A stretch of 36,992 nucleotides of DNA. Origin: a virus. Lineage: Duplodnaviria > Caudoviricetes. Under the pieces are notes generated by a model. That model was not told the DNA's origin. It did not search any database and saw nothing but the letters and a program-made list of their open reading frames with translations. Location of the stretch: IMG/VR virus record IMGVR_UViG_3300011337_000091, positions 1-36,992 of that record; one strand, given 5' to 3'. Of this stretch, positions 1 through 8,068 are shown piece after piece. How positions within the stretch are numbered: the stretch's first letter is position 1; each line of letters opens with the position of its first letter. A program made the position numbers and the translations under genes.

Positions 1-87
1 ACAGCGCTTCCTGATGGTACATTTGTAGAAGCATTAGTCACCTACCAGTTAGGTGTTCATTTCTATCGTCAAACTACAGGAGCTTAA
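1..87 (+). CDS. 3' end of gene upstream of the major capsid gene (possible capsid decoration/accessory protein), truncated by window edge
   Basis: Frame 1 is open from base 1 (TALPDGTFVEALVTYQLGVHFYRQTTGA) to TAA at 85-87 and contains the AGGAG RBS of the next gene. Function inferred from position only. Confidence 0.6.
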   Translation, partial: TALPDGTFVEALVTYQLGVHFYRQTTGA

Positions 88-90
88 TCA

Positions 91-1026
91 ATGGCTGCTA
101 TTTCTAGATCCCAACAGATAAAAGAACTCATTCCTGGGCTTAACGCCTTATTTGGTAATGAGTACGCTCGTTATGGGGAAGAGCACAAAGAAATCTTTGA
201 GATTGAAAGTTCTGATCGTTCATTCGAAGAAGAATTAAAACTCGCTGGTTTTGGTGCTGCACCAACCAAAAACGAAGGCCAAGCAATGTCTTATGACACT
301 GCGCAAGAAGCTTGGTCAACACGCTACACCCACGAAACCATTGCTTATGGCTTTGCTATCACTGAAGAAGCGATGGAAGATAACTTGTATGACTCATTGT
401 CTGCTCGTTACACCAAAGATTTGGCTCGTGGTATGGCATACACCAAACAAGTAAAAGCGGCTAACGTACTTAACAACGGCTTCAACCAAAACTACTTAGG
501 TGGTGACGGTGTGTCATTATTTGGTACAAACAGCTCTGGTTCTGTGACAAATCACCCACTTATTAACGGCTCAACCGTTAGTAACCGTCCTACTACAGCA
601 GCAGATTTAAACGAAACTTCACTTGAAGCGGCTGTTATCCAAATCGCTGGCTGGACTGACGAACGTGGGCTTTTGATTGCGGCTAAACCTCGTAAATTAG
701 TTATTCCTCCTTCACTTCAATTCGTTGCAACTCGTTTGCTCGAAACTGAATTACGTGTTGGTACTAACGATAACGATGTTAACGCGCTCAAAAACAATGG
801 TGCAATTCCTGAAGGCTACACAATCAATCACTGGTTAACCGATAACAACGGTTGGTTCTTGATGACTGACGTACCTAATGGTTTGAAACACTTTATCAGA
901 ACTCCGTTGGCTACTTCTACCGACGGTGACTTCGACACAGGTAACTTACGTTTCCGTGCTCGTGAGCGTTACTCTTTTGGGTTCTCTGACCCGTTAGGTG
1001 TTTATGGTTCACCTGGTACAAGCTAA
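91..1026 (+). CDS. Major capsid protein (Mu gpT-like, HK97 fold)
   Basis: 311 aa with AGGAG RBS. Motifs MAAISRSQ..KEL.PGLNALFG, EEAMEDNLYDSLS.RYTK.LAR.M, GGDGVSLF...HP, P.KLVIPP.L, DFDTGN.RF.ARERYSFG.SDP. Followed by a strong terminator. Confidence 0.92.
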   Translation: MAAISRSQQIKELIPGLNALFGNEYARYGEEHKEIFEIESSDRSFEEELKLAGFGAAPTKNEGQAMSYDTAQEAWSTRYTHETIAYGFAITEEAMEDNLYDSLSARYTKDLARGMAYTKQVKAANVLNNGFNQNYLGGDGVSLFGTNSSGSVTNHPLINGSTVSNRPTTAADLNETSLEAAVIQIAGWTDERGLLIAAKPRKLVIPPSLQFVATRLLETELRVGTNDNDVNALKNNGAIPEGYTINHWLTDNNGWFLMTDVPNGLKHFIRTPLATSTDGDFDTGNLRFRARERYSFGFSDPLGVYGSPGTS

Positions 1027-1052
1027 GTAAAATCAAGCACTTATGTGTTTAT

Positions 1053-1081
1053 GGAGACCCCCTTTATGGGGGTTTCTTTTT
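1053..1081 (+). terminator. Rho-independent terminator after capsid gene
   Basis: GGAGACCCCC-TTTAT-GGGGGTTTCT stem-loop followed by a T run. Confidence 0.85.
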
Positions 1082-1129
1082 GTCTTATAATTCCCCGTGT
1101 CAAATCAATATTTCGGCAAATAAAATAGC

Positions 1130-1158
1130 TTGCGCATAAGCAGTGTAATTGGTACTAT
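1130..1158 (+). promoter_or_regulatory. Sigma70-type promoter with extended -10
   Basis: TTGCGC (1130-1135), 17-bp spacer, TACTAT (1153-1158) with TG at 1150-1151; lies just after the capsid terminator. Confidence 0.7.
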
Positions 1159-1167
1159 CACCCCCAA

Positions 1168-1232
1168 ATCTAGGTGTTTGTTTTTACTTTGTATTGACCG
1201 ACCTAGCGGACACGGCACACGACAATACAACT
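1168..1232 (+). ncRNA. Pseudoknotted RNA downstream of the capsid gene; probable Mu-gpT-DE-type motif
   Basis: TTGTATTG (1189-1196) pairs with CAATACAA (1223-1230). An inner CCG/CGG hairpin exposes loop ACCTAG (1201-1206), complementary to CTAGGT (1170-1175). Three GAC triplets sit at the junctions. The position matches the described Mu-like gpT Downstream Element; family assignment is from memory, not a search. Confidence 0.65.
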
Positions 1233-1248
1233 AACGTGCGAGGCTCTT

Positions 1249-1740
1249 ATGGCAATCTCAACAACCCAATCTATCTGGCGCTCAGGCGGCGGTGACACAA
1301 CTAAAACAGCTTACGCTGGCTCAATGCTTATGGTAGCTAATTTCTACTTATCAGCGACTCAAGCGGCGACAGTTAACGTACAAAAATCATCTACTGACAC
1401 AGGTGCTGTAATCCTACCTGCTGGCGCAGTTATCACAGAAATTCAAGTTAATGCCGCTGGTACAGGTGGTTCAAGCCCTACTTTTGATATGGGGTACACA
1501 CTATACACAGCCGGTACTTCAACCCCTACAGGCTTATTAAATGAAGCTGATGCGGATGTTGGTAAGCAAGTTATTACATGGGCGACCGCAACGGTCCCCG
1601 GTGCTGGTTTAGGTGCAGTTATGTCTGCTACCGATTTTGTATATATCACAGGCGGCGTAGGCGCTTCTGCGGCTACAGGTGGTAGCATCTCTGGTCGCTT
1701 AACATACTATGTTCCAACTAACGGCGCGTACACAGCGTAA
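1249..1740 (+). CDS. Putative virion structural protein (head decoration-like, beta-rich)
   Basis: 163 aa, G/A/T-rich, LPAGAVITEI motif, GAGG RBS, directly downstream of the capsid gene. Confidence 0.6.
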   Translation: MAISTTQSIWRSGGGDTTKTAYAGSMLMVANFYLSATQAATVNVQKSSTDTGAVILPAGAVITEIQVNAAGTGGSSPTFDMGYTLYTAGTSTPTGLLNEADADVGKQVITWATATVPGAGLGAVMSATDFVYITGGVGASAATGGSISGRLTYYVPTNGAYTA

Positions 1741-1748
1741 TTAGTTAT

Positions 1749-1776
1749 GGGGAGACTTGCTCTCCCCCTTCATTTA
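1749..1776 (+). terminator. GC-rich hairpin (weak terminator or mRNA stabiliser)
   Basis: GGGGAGA-CTTGC-TCTCCCC followed by an interrupted T tract (CTTCATTT). Confidence 0.5.
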
Positions 1777-1786
1777 GGAGATAGTT

Positions 1787-2071
1787 ATGGGTATGCAAAC
1801 AGACATATTAGCCACGCACTTAACAGCTAGTGGCACTGTTTCAGGTAATCGCAACCGTTTAAAAGCTGTGTCGTATCGAGGTAATGGTACTGATGGTAGC
1901 CTTATATTTAAAAACGGTGGCGCGTCAGGAACAACTTTATTAGAACTTGATGTCGGTACAAGTGACTCGTTTACCATCTACGTGATACTACCTGGTGAAG
2001 GCATACTGTTTCAAAACAGCATTTATGCCGCATTAACTAACGTAGCTGCAATAACAGCGTTCTACGGGTAA
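1787..2071 (+). CDS. Hypothetical virion protein
   Basis: 94 aa, AGGAG RBS, C-terminal LPGEGILF..SIY motif typical of small phage structural proteins. Confidence 0.6.
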   Translation: MGMQTDILATHLTASGTVSGNRNRLKAVSYRGNGTDGSLIFKNGGASGTTLLELDVGTSDSFTIYVILPGEGILFQNSIYAALTNVAAITAFYG

Positions 2072-2074
2072 GCC

Positions 2075-2308
2075 ATGATGGACGACCAAATTAAACTTGC
2101 TGTTCATGAAAATGAGATTAAACACTTGCAAACTGATATGGATAAGTTGGTTAAAGATATGGAAGAGCTTAAAACTTCCGTTGCTGAAATAGGTAAAACC
2201 CTCTCAGAAGCTAAGGGCGGATGGCAAGTTTTAATGGTTATGGGCGGGTTAGGTGCAGCATTTGGTAGTGTCATTGGTTGGGCAATTGAGCACTTTTCAG
2301 GTAAATAA
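2075..2308 (+). CDS. Coiled-coil plus C-terminal transmembrane protein (XhlA/holin-like)
   Basis: Heptad N-terminus (HENEIKHLQTDMDKLVKDMEELK), then KGGW and a hydrophobic helix VLMVMGGLGAAFGSVIGWAI. Confidence 0.55.
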   Translation: MMDDQIKLAVHENEIKHLQTDMDKLVKDMEELKTSVAEIGKTLSEAKGGWQVLMVMGGLGAAFGSVIGWAIEHFSGK

Positions 2309-2309
2309 T

Positions 2310-2582
2310 ATGGCGAAGAAAGCTCCTGTATTAGCAGTAGGTAGAGGTGAGAAACTCCCCGTTTCTAAGGGCGCAGGTCTTACAGCCAAAGGTAGAGCCA
2401 AATATAATGCGGCTACTGGCTCTAACTTAAAAGCACCAGCACCTAACCCCAAAACAAAGAAAGACGCGGGAAGACGTAAGTCTTTTTGCGCACGTATGAG
2501 TGGGATGCCAGGTCCTATGAAAGACGAGAATGGCAAACCAACACGTAAAGCGGCTTCTTTAAAACGGTGGAACTGTGCCTAG
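2310..2582 (+). CDS. Small basic phage protein (DUF6321-like)
   Basis: Start reassigned to ATG 2310 (MAKKAP...). Motifs GAGLTAKGRAKYN...GSNLKAP, RRKSFCARMSG, SLKRWNC. Confidence 0.7.
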   Translation: MAKKAPVLAVGRGEKLPVSKGAGLTAKGRAKYNAATGSNLKAPAPNPKTKKDAGRRKSFCARMSGMPGPMKDENGKPTRKAASLKRWNCA

Positions 2583-2994
2583 TGTATCCCGTGCTCAGCA
2601 TAATTTAATGGCGATGGTTGCTAATAACCCAAAAGCAGCTAAACGCGTAGGTATTTCAAAATCAACAGGTGAAGAATTTATGAAAGCAGATAAAGGCAAA
2701 AAGTTTGGTAAAGGTGGTTTAGACTCAATCTTCAAAGGCAAAGAAAGCTACAGCGAAGAATTGAAAGAAGGCAAAGCCATTAAGTCTGGTAAGATTTCTC
2801 CACAGCAATATGCTAAAGGTGAGAAGATGGAAAAAGAAAAAATGAACAAAGGTGACAAAGCGCCGCCTAAAATGGCTGATATGGGTTCAATGGGTATGAA
2901 AAAAGGTGGTATGACCAAATGTATGGCTAAAGGCGGTGCAGTTAAAGCCGACGGTAAAGCCATTCGTGGTAAAACCAAAGGGAAGTTTGTGTGA
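2575..2994 (+). CDS. Small Lys/Met/Gly-rich basic protein, putative capsid-internal
   Basis: GTG start overlapping previous gene; N-terminal MPSVS.AQH.LMA.VA.NP; MKKGG and MAKGG motifs; C-terminal DGKAIRGKTKG. Confidence 0.7.
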   Translation: MPSVSRAQHNLMAMVANNPKAAKRVGISKSTGEEFMKADKGKKFGKGGLDSIFKGKESYSEELKEGKAIKSGKISPQQYAKGEKMEKEKMNKGDKAPPKMADMGSMGMKKGGMTKCMAKGGAVKADGKAIRGKTKGKFV

Positions 2995-3080
2995 TGCAAA
3001 CTAAAGACTACCCAGCAAAAGGCTTTCCAGCGTACCCTAATGCTAAGGGTACAAAACCAGTGAAAACAAAGAAAAAATAG
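2994..3080 (+). CDS. 28-aa basic peptide (not in ORF track)
   Basis: TGATG stop/start overlap; MQTKDYPAKGFPAYPNAKGTKPVKTKKK*; fills the gap to the next gene. Confidence 0.55.
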   Translation: MQTKDYPAKGFPAYPNAKGTKPVKTKKK

Positions 3081-3088
3081 GTTAACTT

Positions 3089-4801
3089 ATGGCGGCAATA
3101 GAAGATATTTTAGCTCAGGCTAACTTTACAAAAGAAATTCCTGTAGAAACTTCTATAGCGAAGGCTCTTACCGCCGCAAAGTTAGGCAAGTCAGGCTATA
3201 GAATGCCTGACTCTGCTGCTATATCGGCTATGGAAAAGCAGTTTGTTCCGGGAATTAGGGAAGAGTACGAAAAATATTTTGATAGCTTAATCAATGCGGC
3301 TAAAGCTCAATATGGGCCTGATGATAAAAATGTAGCTGAATACGTGGCTATGAAAGCTATATGGCAAAACTGGTCGTCACAATCTAAAAATTTATCTATA
3401 AATAACGTAGATTTAGCGAAATCCGGTGGTAAATCTGCTCAAGATTTAATCAACCAAACAAAAGCGGTTAAGCAGTTTCTTACTGAACAAACAAGCAAAA
3501 TCAAAAATGAAACCGCTACGCACACTACCGCAAGCACAGAATTAAATAAAGCTAATACAGATCTTTACGGTGCGAAAGGCACAGCAGAAACACCTGCTAA
3601 AGGTAGTTTAGTTCAGCTATATAATGTGTACCAAGCTCAATTAAAAAACCCTAAACAAGCGGCAGCAGCAAAACTTAAGCTGTACGGAAAAGGGGGAGAC
3701 GAGAACAACCCTGCGGCAGGTTCCGTCGCTTATAAATACAATGAAGCAATATCGAAGCAAAAACCTGTAGCAGCAAATGTTGCAGGTATGACTCCTTTAG
3801 ACGAGATTGTTGCTAATTCAATATCATCATATGTAAATAAAACTTTTCCTAGTTATTCAAACTTTTTGTCTGGAGTTCCTGAACCAAAACTAGGCGAAGC
3901 CCCAGTAGACCCTGCCACTACAAAAGTAGCTCAGTACCTTGCAGAGTATAAAAAAACAGGAGCAATGCCTGGTGATATAGATAGTGCGCTTATTGGACAA
4001 ACTCAAAAAGCAATTGATGAATATGAGCAAGGGAAACTAAAAGTCTCGCAAGAAGCCGCAAAAAAACTAGCGGATCAGAACGCGGCATCAATAGGCAAAA
4101 CTAGAGGTGATATTACTAGCTATAATGTCCTGCTTGACGAAGCAAGAAAAAAAGCACCTGTTGTAGCTGATACTACATCAGACTTATTAAATAAAATGAA
4201 AGGTACAGCGCCAACAGGTACAGCGCCAACAGGTACAGCGCCAACAGGTACAGCGCCAACAGGTACAACACCACCAATAACACCTAAATTTACGCCCCCA
4301 CCCCAACTAGGACTTAACCTGTCTAACGATTTTAATACTCGTATGATTCAGCAAGATTTGGCGGCACAGCAACAGCTACAGAACCCAGGCACTTACGCCG
4401 CAGGTCAGTTTGACCCATTCTTCAGTGGGTTTTTAAATTCGGCATCCCAGTTTTCTACACAACCGTCTACTGTAAATGCTGATGGGACTTTTACTGGTGG
4501 TGCTTTGTATAGACCAAATTCAGGTATAGGTTTTGGGTTTCAAAACGCTTATGACGCAGGCCTACCAACAGGTGCGGCGGCAGTTACGGGAGCAGCGGCA
4601 GGTGGTTATATGGATGCTCAATCAGTAGGACAGAACAACCAAGCTCTACAAAATAACCAACTAGGGTTAGCATCTATCCCTAATATGTCGCAGTACGCTA
4701 ATTACACAAATAACCCAGGTATAACATCCCCTACGCAAAATACAGATGATGGTGGTGTAGGTGGGGTATCTGTTCTAGGACAAACTAACCCAGTGTGGTA
4801 A
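3089..4801 (+). CDS. Large hypothetical protein, helical N-half and low-complexity Q/N/G/T-rich C-half; putative internal virion protein
   Basis: 570-aa ORF tightly packed in the late operon; no recognisable catalytic motif. Confidence 0.6.
   Translation: MAAIEDILAQANFTKEIPVETSIAKALTAAKLGKSGYRMPDSAAISAMEKQFVPGIREEYEKYFDSLINAAKAQYGPDDKNVAEYVAMKAIWQNWSSQSKNLSINNVDLAKSGGKSAQDLINQTKAVKQFLTEQTSKIKNETATHTTASTELNKANTDLYGAKGTAETPAKGSLVQLYNVYQAQLKNPKQAAAAKLKLYGKGGDENNPAAGSVAYKYNEAISKQKPVAANVAGMTPLDEIVANSISSYVNKTFPSYSNFLSGVPEPKLGEAPVDPATTKVAQYLAEYKKTGAMPGDIDSALIGQTQKAIDEYEQGKLKVSQEAAKKLADQNAASIGKTRGDITSYNVLLDEARKKAPVVADTTSDLLNKMKGTAPTGTAPTGTAPTGTAPTGTTPPITPKFTPPPQLGLNLSNDFNTRMIQQDLAAQQQLQNPGTYAAGQFDPFFSGFLNSASQFSTQPSTVNADGTFTGGALYRPNSGIGFGFQNAYDAGLPTGAAAVTGAAAGGYMDAQSVGQNNQALQNNQLGLASIPNMSQYANYTNNPGITSPTQNTDDGGVGGVSVLGQTNPVW
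4201..4267 (+). repeat. 15-bp tandem repeat x4.5 encoding (GTAPT)n linker
   Basis: AGGTACAGCGCCAAC, four perfect copies plus partial. Confidence 0.95.
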
Positions 4802-4804
4802 CAA

Positions 4805-5512
4805 ATGGCTACATCAGGAACAACTATATTCAATCCCGATTTATCTGAAATATTTGAAGAAGCCTTTGAGCGCCTTGGATATGACAGAAATGGTATGCCT
4901 TTTGAGCTGCGTAGCGGGTATGATTTAAAGACAGCACGTCGAAGCCTTAACTTACTGCTTGCAGAGTGGGCTAACCGAGGTATTAATCTTTGGACTGTGG
5001 ATTCTGGTGAGATTCCTCTAATTGCAAGCCAAGCTACTTATGACCTACCTGACGACACTGTTGATGTTGTAGACCATGTTATTCGTCAGTATGACGGAAC
5101 GCAAAACCAAACGGATATTACGATTAACCGTATCTCTGTTATAACGTATTCAACGATTCCAAATAAGTTAACTACTGGTCGTCCTATTCAGGTCTATGTA
5201 GATAGAAAGACTACAACTCCCACAATTACTGTGTGGCCTCTACCTCAGACATCAGACACTTATACGTTTGTGTATTGGAGACTGCGTAGAATGGACGATG
5301 CAGGGTCACCTGCAACAAACACAGTTGATATCCCGTTTAGATTCTATGAGGCGTTAATTGCGGGTCTTGCGGCTAAGTTAGCACTTAAAAAAGCACCAGA
5401 GAGCATTACCATGCTCAAAGCCTTAGCTGATGAAGCGTTTGATTTAGCAGCGGCTGAAGACCGCGAGAGAGCACCAATTCGTATGGTGCCTAGATTTACG
5501 GACTACAGATAA
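4805..5512 (+). CDS. Head-to-tail adaptor / tail tubular protein A-like
   Basis: 235 aa; EIFEEAFERLG...GYDLKTARRSLNLL.AEW.NRG.NLWT, Y..IPNK...GRP, WP.P, D.PFRF...L.AGLA..LA; gene order after capsid. Confidence 0.7.
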   Translation: MATSGTTIFNPDLSEIFEEAFERLGYDRNGMPFELRSGYDLKTARRSLNLLLAEWANRGINLWTVDSGEIPLIASQATYDLPDDTVDVVDHVIRQYDGTQNQTDITINRISVITYSTIPNKLTTGRPIQVYVDRKTTTPTITVWPLPQTSDTYTFVYWRLRRMDDAGSPATNTVDIPFRFYEALIAGLAAKLALKKAPESITMLKALADEAFDLAAAEDRERAPIRMVPRFTDYR

Positions 5513-5823
5513 TGGCTGTTCCATACGCTAGAGGTCGAAAAAGCTTTGGTTTCTGCGATAGGTGTGGCTTTCGTTGTAAGCTCGATAAGATGCGTAAACT
5601 GGTCATTAAAGGTGATTTAGTTGATATTAAAGTGTGTGAAGAGTGCTTTGAGCAAGACCAACCACAGCTTCATGTAGGTGAGCAACCTATGTGGGACCCA
5701 CAAGCATTGCAATTTCCACGCCCAGATAATACTATACCATCAACGAGAGGGTTATTTGGCTGGTATCCAGTCGCTTCTCAAACAATTCAATCTACACTAA
5801 ACAGCGTCACTATCGGAGGCTAA
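5512..5823 (+). CDS. Small putative Zn-binding protein
   Basis: CDRCGF ... VCEECFE.D.PQ ... DPQAL..PRPD (two CxxC pairs); TAATG coupling. Confidence 0.65.
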   Translation: MAVPYARGRKSFGFCDRCGFRCKLDKMRKLVIKGDLVDIKVCEECFEQDQPQLHVGEQPMWDPQALQFPRPDNTIPSTRGLFGWYPVASQTIQSTLNSVTIGG

Positions 5824-5824
5824 A

Positions 5825-6196
5825 ATGCCATTACCAGACCCAAGATTAAAGATTCCACCTACAAAAACTAACATGGGGCAACCAGCACCACAACAAAATG
5901 TAAACACGCCTAAAAGCCCTATTAATCCAAATATTTCACCGATTGCGACACCAACATCAGCAACACCGCAGATGCAGCCACAGCAGGTACCACAGATGAA
6001 AAAAGGCGGTTCAGTTAAATGTATGAAAGCTGGCGGCGTTGTGTCAGCAGACATGAAAAAATCTGGTCGTAACTTAGCGCGTGTAGCTAATCAAAAAAGT
6101 GGCAAATCTGCTAAAGTCAGTTCAGCACCTGTTAAAAAAGCAGGGCCTGTAATTGGTAAAACTAAACGTGGATACGGAGCAGCTAGACGTGGATAA
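5825..6196 (+). CDS. Pro/Gln-rich basic protein, putative capsid-internal
   Basis: GGAGG RBS; MKKGG and MKAGG motifs; GRNLAR; C-terminal RGYGAARRG. Confidence 0.65.
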   Translation: MPLPDPRLKIPPTKTNMGQPAPQQNVNTPKSPINPNISPIATPTSATPQMQPQQVPQMKKGGSVKCMKAGGVVSADMKKSGRNLARVANQKSGKSAKVSSAPVKKAGPVIGKTKRGYGAARRG

Positions 6197-6344
6197 AGTT
6201 AAATATGACAATATTAAATCCGTTCCTGTCCCTAAAGCTAATGGTTACCAAGACCAAATGAAAGGGGTAAAAACGTCGGGTGTTAAGATAAAAGGCGCAG
6301 GTGCGGCTAAAAAAGGCTTCACCGCTAGAGGTCCTTTGGGCTAA
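6189..6344 (+). CDS. 51-aa basic protein
   Basis: Start reassigned to GTG 6189 with GGAG upstream; KTSGVKIKGAGAAKKGFTARGPLG C-terminus. Confidence 0.6.
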   Translation: MDKVKYDNIKSVPVPKANGYQDQMKGVKTSGVKIKGAGAAKKGFTARGPLG

Positions 6345-6354
6345 GGGGTATTCT

Positions 6355-7011
6355 TTGAATTACTCAGAATTAAGTGCAGCGCTTGTCGCATACACCGAAA
6401 ACACAGGGCAAGATTTTGCGGACAACATACCCACGTTTGTCAAGCAGTCGGAGACGCGCATCTATAATACGGTGCAACTCCCTGCCTTGCGAAAAAACAT
6501 GACGGGTGTAGTTACACTAAACAATAAGTATTTATCAGCGCCTGATGACTTCCTTTCTGTGTTTAGTTTGGCTGTAATCGATGGTACTGGCGAGTATCAG
6601 TATATGCTTGATAAAGATGTTAACTTTATTCGCGCTGCTTATCCAACGCCTACAGCGACAGGTGTACCTAAATACTATGCCATTTTTGGACCCCAGTCTA
6701 ACCAAGCAACAGAGTTGTCATTTATTTTAGGGCCTACACCAGACGATGATTACGAAGTTGAACTACATTATTTTTATTACCCAGAGTCCATTGTTACTGC
6801 CGGAACTACTTGGCTTGGCGATAATTTTGACCCTGTCTTACTATACGGGTCGTTAGTTGAAGCTTATACCTATATGAAAGGCGAAACTGAGCTGCTTACG
6901 TTATACAATCAAAAGTACACTGAAGCTCTAGGTATCTTAAAAGAACTTGGTGATGGTAAACAACGCCAAGACGCTTATCGTTCTGGTCAAACTAGAATTG
7001 CGGTTAAATAG
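6355..7011 (+). CDS. Second adaptor / tail tubular A-like protein
   Basis: Likely TTG start at 6355 after AAGGGG; MNYSEL...YTEN...F...IP.F..Q.E.RI, GVPKYYA, GPTPD..Y.VELHY.Y.P.SI, LLYGSLVEAY.YMKG. Confidence 0.7.
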   Translation: MNYSELSAALVAYTENTGQDFADNIPTFVKQSETRIYNTVQLPALRKNMTGVVTLNNKYLSAPDDFLSVFSLAVIDGTGEYQYMLDKDVNFIRAAYPTPTATGVPKYYAIFGPQSNQATELSFILGPTPDDDYEVELHYFYYPESIVTAGTTWLGDNFDPVLLYGSLVEAYTYMKGETELLTLYNQKYTEALGILKELGDGKQRQDAYRSGQTRIAVK

Positions 7012-7019
7012 GAAAAGAT

Positions 7020-7457
7020 ATGATTACCCAATGTTTATGTAATAGCTTTCGAGAAGAACTGTTTCAAGGGGTTCATAACTTTTCCGCTGTTGGTGGAGAC
7101 GTTTTTAAAATAGCTCTCTACACTGATAACGCGCAGATTGGGGCTACCACAACAGCTTACACTGTATCGGGAGAGGTTTTGGCCACTGGATATACTACAG
7201 GTGGTGAGATACTTACTGGGCAATCTATAACCGTAGCACAACCTCAAACTGGACCACAGACATATATTACGTTTGATAACGCAGAGTGGACTGGTACAGA
7301 TATAGTATCGCGAGGCGCTTTGATTTATAATAGCTCACAATCCAATAAAGCGGTTTTGGTTCTTAATTTCGGGCTTGATGTATCCGCAACTGACGGGGTT
7401 TTTACAATTACGATGCCTGTAGCAGCCCCAAACACAGCTTTAATATGTTTTTCATAA
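7020..7457 (+). CDS. Putative fibre/structural subunit
   Basis: SF.EELF.G.HNF...GD.FKIALYT, Y....EV..TGY..GG..L, RGALIYN, VL.FG.D motifs common in aquatic phage fibre cassettes. Confidence 0.6.
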   Translation: MITQCLCNSFREELFQGVHNFSAVGGDVFKIALYTDNAQIGATTTAYTVSGEVLATGYTTGGEILTGQSITVAQPQTGPQTYITFDNAEWTGTDIVSRGALIYNSSQSNKAVLVLNFGLDVSATDGVFTITMPVAAPNTALICFS

Positions 7458-7477
7458 CTAATAACTAGGACATAAAT

Positions 7478-8059
7478 ATGCACTCAGAAAAAGTAGATGC
7501 ACAAGACTCAGCAGGCGTAACCCTTATACGTGGTGGCAATGCTGATGAACAAGTAAACATCACAGGCTCATACGAAGTTAAATGTTTAGATGCTGATGGT
7601 AATACTAAATGGGAAGACACTATTAAAAACTTAGTAGTGACTGTGGGTAAAAATGACTTACTTGATAAGTATTTCGCAGGTTCTGCTTATACTGCTGCTT
7701 GGTATATGGGCCTTGTAGACAATGCTTCATTTAGTGCTTACGCGGCTGGCGATACTTTAGCGTCTCATACTGGCTGGCTTGAGTATTTAAACTACACTAT
7801 TTCAGGTAGCTCAACTAATAGAGCAACAGCAGCTTGGAACGCAGCCTCAGCAGGTTCTAAAGCATCAACAGCAACTACATTTACAATTAGTGGTGCTGGC
7901 GGTACGGTACTTGGCGCCCTTATGTGTACAACTCAAGCAAGAAATACATCATCTAATGGCGGTGCAGGGATTCTATATTCAGCTGGTAGTTTTACTGGTG
8001 GTAGTCGTGCTGTTACAGCGGGCGACACATTATTGGTTACTTACACAGCGTCAGTTTAG
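7478..8059 (+). CDS. Putative fibre/structural subunit
   Basis: W.D.IKNLVV..GK...LD..F.GS.YTA.WY.GL; GILYSAG.F..G.R.V..GDTL.VTY; AGGA RBS. Confidence 0.6.
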   Translation: MHSEKVDAQDSAGVTLIRGGNADEQVNITGSYEVKCLDADGNTKWEDTIKNLVVTVGKNDLLDKYFAGSAYTAAWYMGLVDNASFSAYAAGDTLASHTGWLEYLNYTISGSSTNRATAAWNAASAGSKASTATTFTISGAGGTVLGALMCTTQARNTSSNGGAGILYSAGSFTGGSRAVTAGDTLLVTYTASV

Positions 8060-8068
8060 GGGTGATGT

